From positions 1 to 64,000 of the forward strand of contig JAXLNO010000350.1 of the NCBI GenBank assembly GCA_038087875.1: a stretch of DNA of 64,000 nucleotides, in the 5' to 3' direction. This document shows positions 61,301 to 64,000 of this stretch, in pieces. The position numbers and the translations under genes are program-made. The stretch's first letter is position 1. Every line of letters starts with the position of its first letter. This DNA is from Malacoraja senta (taxonomy: Eukaryota). The notes beneath the pieces are model-generated. The model was given only the letters and a program-made list of their open reading frames with translations. It did no database searches and was not told where the DNA came from.

Positions 61301-64000
61301 AAATGCAATGTTGTTTGGCCTGCCCTGTGCTTGAAACTGCAATGGAAATGTAAAATAAATGAAAATGCAATGTTATTTGGCCTGTGCTGTGCTTCAAACT
61401 GCAATGGAAATGAAATGAATATGCAACGATTTATTTGGCCTGCCATGTGCTTGAAACTGCAATGGAAATGGAAATGTAATGAAATCAATATGAAAATGAA
61501 ATGAGTTGTTTGGCCTGCCCTGTGCTTTAAAATTCAATGGGATTTGGAAATGAAATGAAATGCAATGAGTTGTTTGGCCTGCCCCGTGCTTGAAAATTCA
61601 ATGGGATTTGGAAATGAAATGAAATGCAATGAGTTGTTTGGCTTGCCCTGTGCTTGAAAGCACAATGTAAATGTAATGAAAATGCAATGAATTGTTTGGC
61701 CTGCCATGTGCTTGAAACTGCAATGAAATGTAAATGAAATGAATTGTTTGGCCTGCCCTGTGCTTTAAAATTCAATGGGATTTGAAAATGAAATGAAATG
61801 CAATGAGTTGTTTGGCCTGCCCCGTGCTTGAAAATTCAATGGGATTTGGAAATGAAATGAAATGCAATGAGTTGTTTGGCTTGCCCTGTGCTTGAAAGCA
61901 CAATGTAAATGTAATGAAAATGCAATGAATTGTTTGGCCTACCCCGTGCTTGAAAATTCAATGGGATTTGGAAATGAAATGAAAATGCAATGAGTCGTTG
62001 GGCCTGCCCTGTGCTTGAAACTGCAATGGAAATGGAAATAAAATCAAAATGCAATAAGTTGTTTGGCCTGCCCTGTGCTTGAAACTGCATTGGAAGTGGA
62101 AATTAAATGCAAATACAATGAGCTGTTTGGCCTGCCCTGTGCTTGAAACGGCAATGGAAGTGGAAATGAAATGAAAATGCAATGAGCTGTTTGGCCTGCC
62201 CTGTGCTTGAAACTGCAATGGAAATGGAAATAAAATGAAAATGCAATGAGTTTGACCTGCCCTGTGCTTGAAACTGAAATGGCAATGAAATGAAAATGCA
62301 ATTAGTTGTTTGGCCTGCCCTGTGCTTGAAAGTGCAATGGAAATGGAAATGAAATGAAAATACAATGAGTTGTTTGGCCTGCCCTGTGCTTGCAACTGCA
62401 ATGGAAACGGAAATTAAATGAAAATGCAATTAGCTGTTTGGCCTGGTCTGTGCTTGAAACTGCAAAGGAAATGGAAATGAAATGAAAATGCAATGTTGTT
62501 TGGCCTGCCTTGTGCATGAAACTGCAATGGAAATAGAAATTAAATGAAAATGCAATGTTGTTTGGCCTGCCCTGTGCTTGAAACTGCAAAGGAAATGGAA
62601 ATGAAATGAAAATGCAATGAGTTGTTTGGCCAGCCCTGTGCTTGAAACTTCAATGGAAATGGAAATGAAATGAAAATGCAATGAGATGTTTGGCCTGCCC
62701 TGTGCTTCAAACTGCAATGGAAATGTAACTGAAATGAAAATGCAATGAGTCGTTTGGGCTGCCCTGTGCTTCAAACTGCAATGGGAAAGAAATGAAAATG
62801 CAATGTAATTTGGCCTGCCATATGCTTGAAACTGCAATGGACCTGGAAAGGAAATGAAAATGCAATGAGTTGTTTGGCCTGCTCTGTGCTTGAAACTGCA
62901 ATGGAAATGGAAATGAAATGAAAATGCAATGAGTCATTTGGCGTGCCTTGTGCTTGAAACGGCAATGGAAATGTAAATGAAATGAAAATGCAACGAGTTG
63001 TTTGGCCTGCCCTGTGCTTCAAACTGCAATGGAAATGGAAATGAAATTCAAAAGTAATGTTGTTTGGCCTGCCATGTGCTTGAAACTGCTATGGAAATGA
63101 AATGAAAATGCAATCTGTTTGGCCTGCCCTGTGCTTGAAACAGCAATGGAAATGGAAATTAAATGAAAATGCAATGAGTCGTTTGGCCTGCCCTGTGCTT
63201 GAAACTGCAATGGAAATGGAAATAAAATCAAAATGCAATGTCGTTTGGCCTGCCCTGTGCTTGAAACTGCATTGGAAGTGGAAATGAAATGCAAATGCAA
63301 TGAGCTGTTTGGCCTGCCCTGTGCTTGAAACTGCAATGGAAGTGGAAATGAAATGAAAATGCAATGAGCTGTTTGGCCTGCCCTGTGCTTGAAACTGCAT
63401 TGGAAGTGGAAATGAAATGCAAATGCAATGAGCTGTTTGGCCTGCCTGTGCTAGAAGCTGCAATGGAAGTGGAAATGACATGAAAGTGCAATGAGCTGCT
63501 TGGCCTTCCCTGTGCTGGAAACTGCAATGGAAATGGAAATTAAAAAAAATGCAATGAGCTCTTTGGCCTCCCCTGTGCTTGAAATTGCAATGGAAATGAA
63601 ATGAAATGAATATGAACATGAAATGAGTTGTTTTTCCAGCCCAGTGCTTGAAAATGCAATGGGATTTGGAAATGAAATGAAATGCAATGAGTTGTTTGGC
63701 ATGCCCTGTGCTTGAAACTGCAATGGAAATGGAAATGAAATGAAAATGCAATGAGTCATTTGGCCTGCTTTGTGCTTGAAATTGCAATGGAAATGGAAAT
63801 TAAATGAAAATGCAATGTCGTTTGGACTGCCATATGTTTGAAACTGCAATGGACCTGGAAAGGAAATGAAAATGCAATGAGTTGTTTGGCCTGCCTTGTG
63901 CTTGAAACTGCAATGGAAATGGAAATGAAATGAAAATGCAATGAGTCATTTGGCGTGCTTTGTGCTTGAAACTGCAATGGAAATGTAAATGAAATGAAAA
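58372..64000. repeat. Satellite array, 64-bp consensus monomer, runs off the window end
   Basis: GAAACTGCAATGGAAATGGAAATGAAATGAAAATGCAATGAGTTGTTTGGCCTGCCCTGTGCTT in tandem with length variants. Confidence 0.97.

Noticed and set aside
58366..63977. Many ORFs of type MQFQAQGRPN... / HFHFISISIAVSS...
   Set aside because: Translations of a stop-poor satellite strand
39947..64000. Common origin of the two 64-bp repeat families
   Set aside because: Same period but no convincing sequence alignment on either strand

Overview
Eukaryotic, repeat-dense DNA; the repeat families suggest a cartilaginous fish, probably a skate (inference). No prokaryotic genes, CRISPR, tRNA or rRNA were seen. Most of the window is nested transposons: CR1, L2, Rex/Babar, L1, Penelope with hammerhead-like motifs, a fragmented Gypsy, hAT-, P- and Harbinger-like elements and Helitrons. 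It ends in a 64-bp satellite array (58.4-64 kb). The non-TE backbone is a mirror-symmetric amplicon centred on a near-perfect palindrome at ~40.9 kb. From there, tandem modules (CpG/YY1-like promoter, short first exon, intron, finger-only C2H2 exon, 3' region) run outward on both strands. There are three C2H2 zinc-finger paralogs (12.4 kb -, 33.3 kb -, 46.7 kb +) and four copies of the promoter/first exon. Paralogous empty sites inside the window let several insertions and their target-site duplications (TSDs) be read directly. One is a ~9-kb hAT-like element that carries apparently non-TE cargo. All coordinates were read by eye and may be a few bases off.
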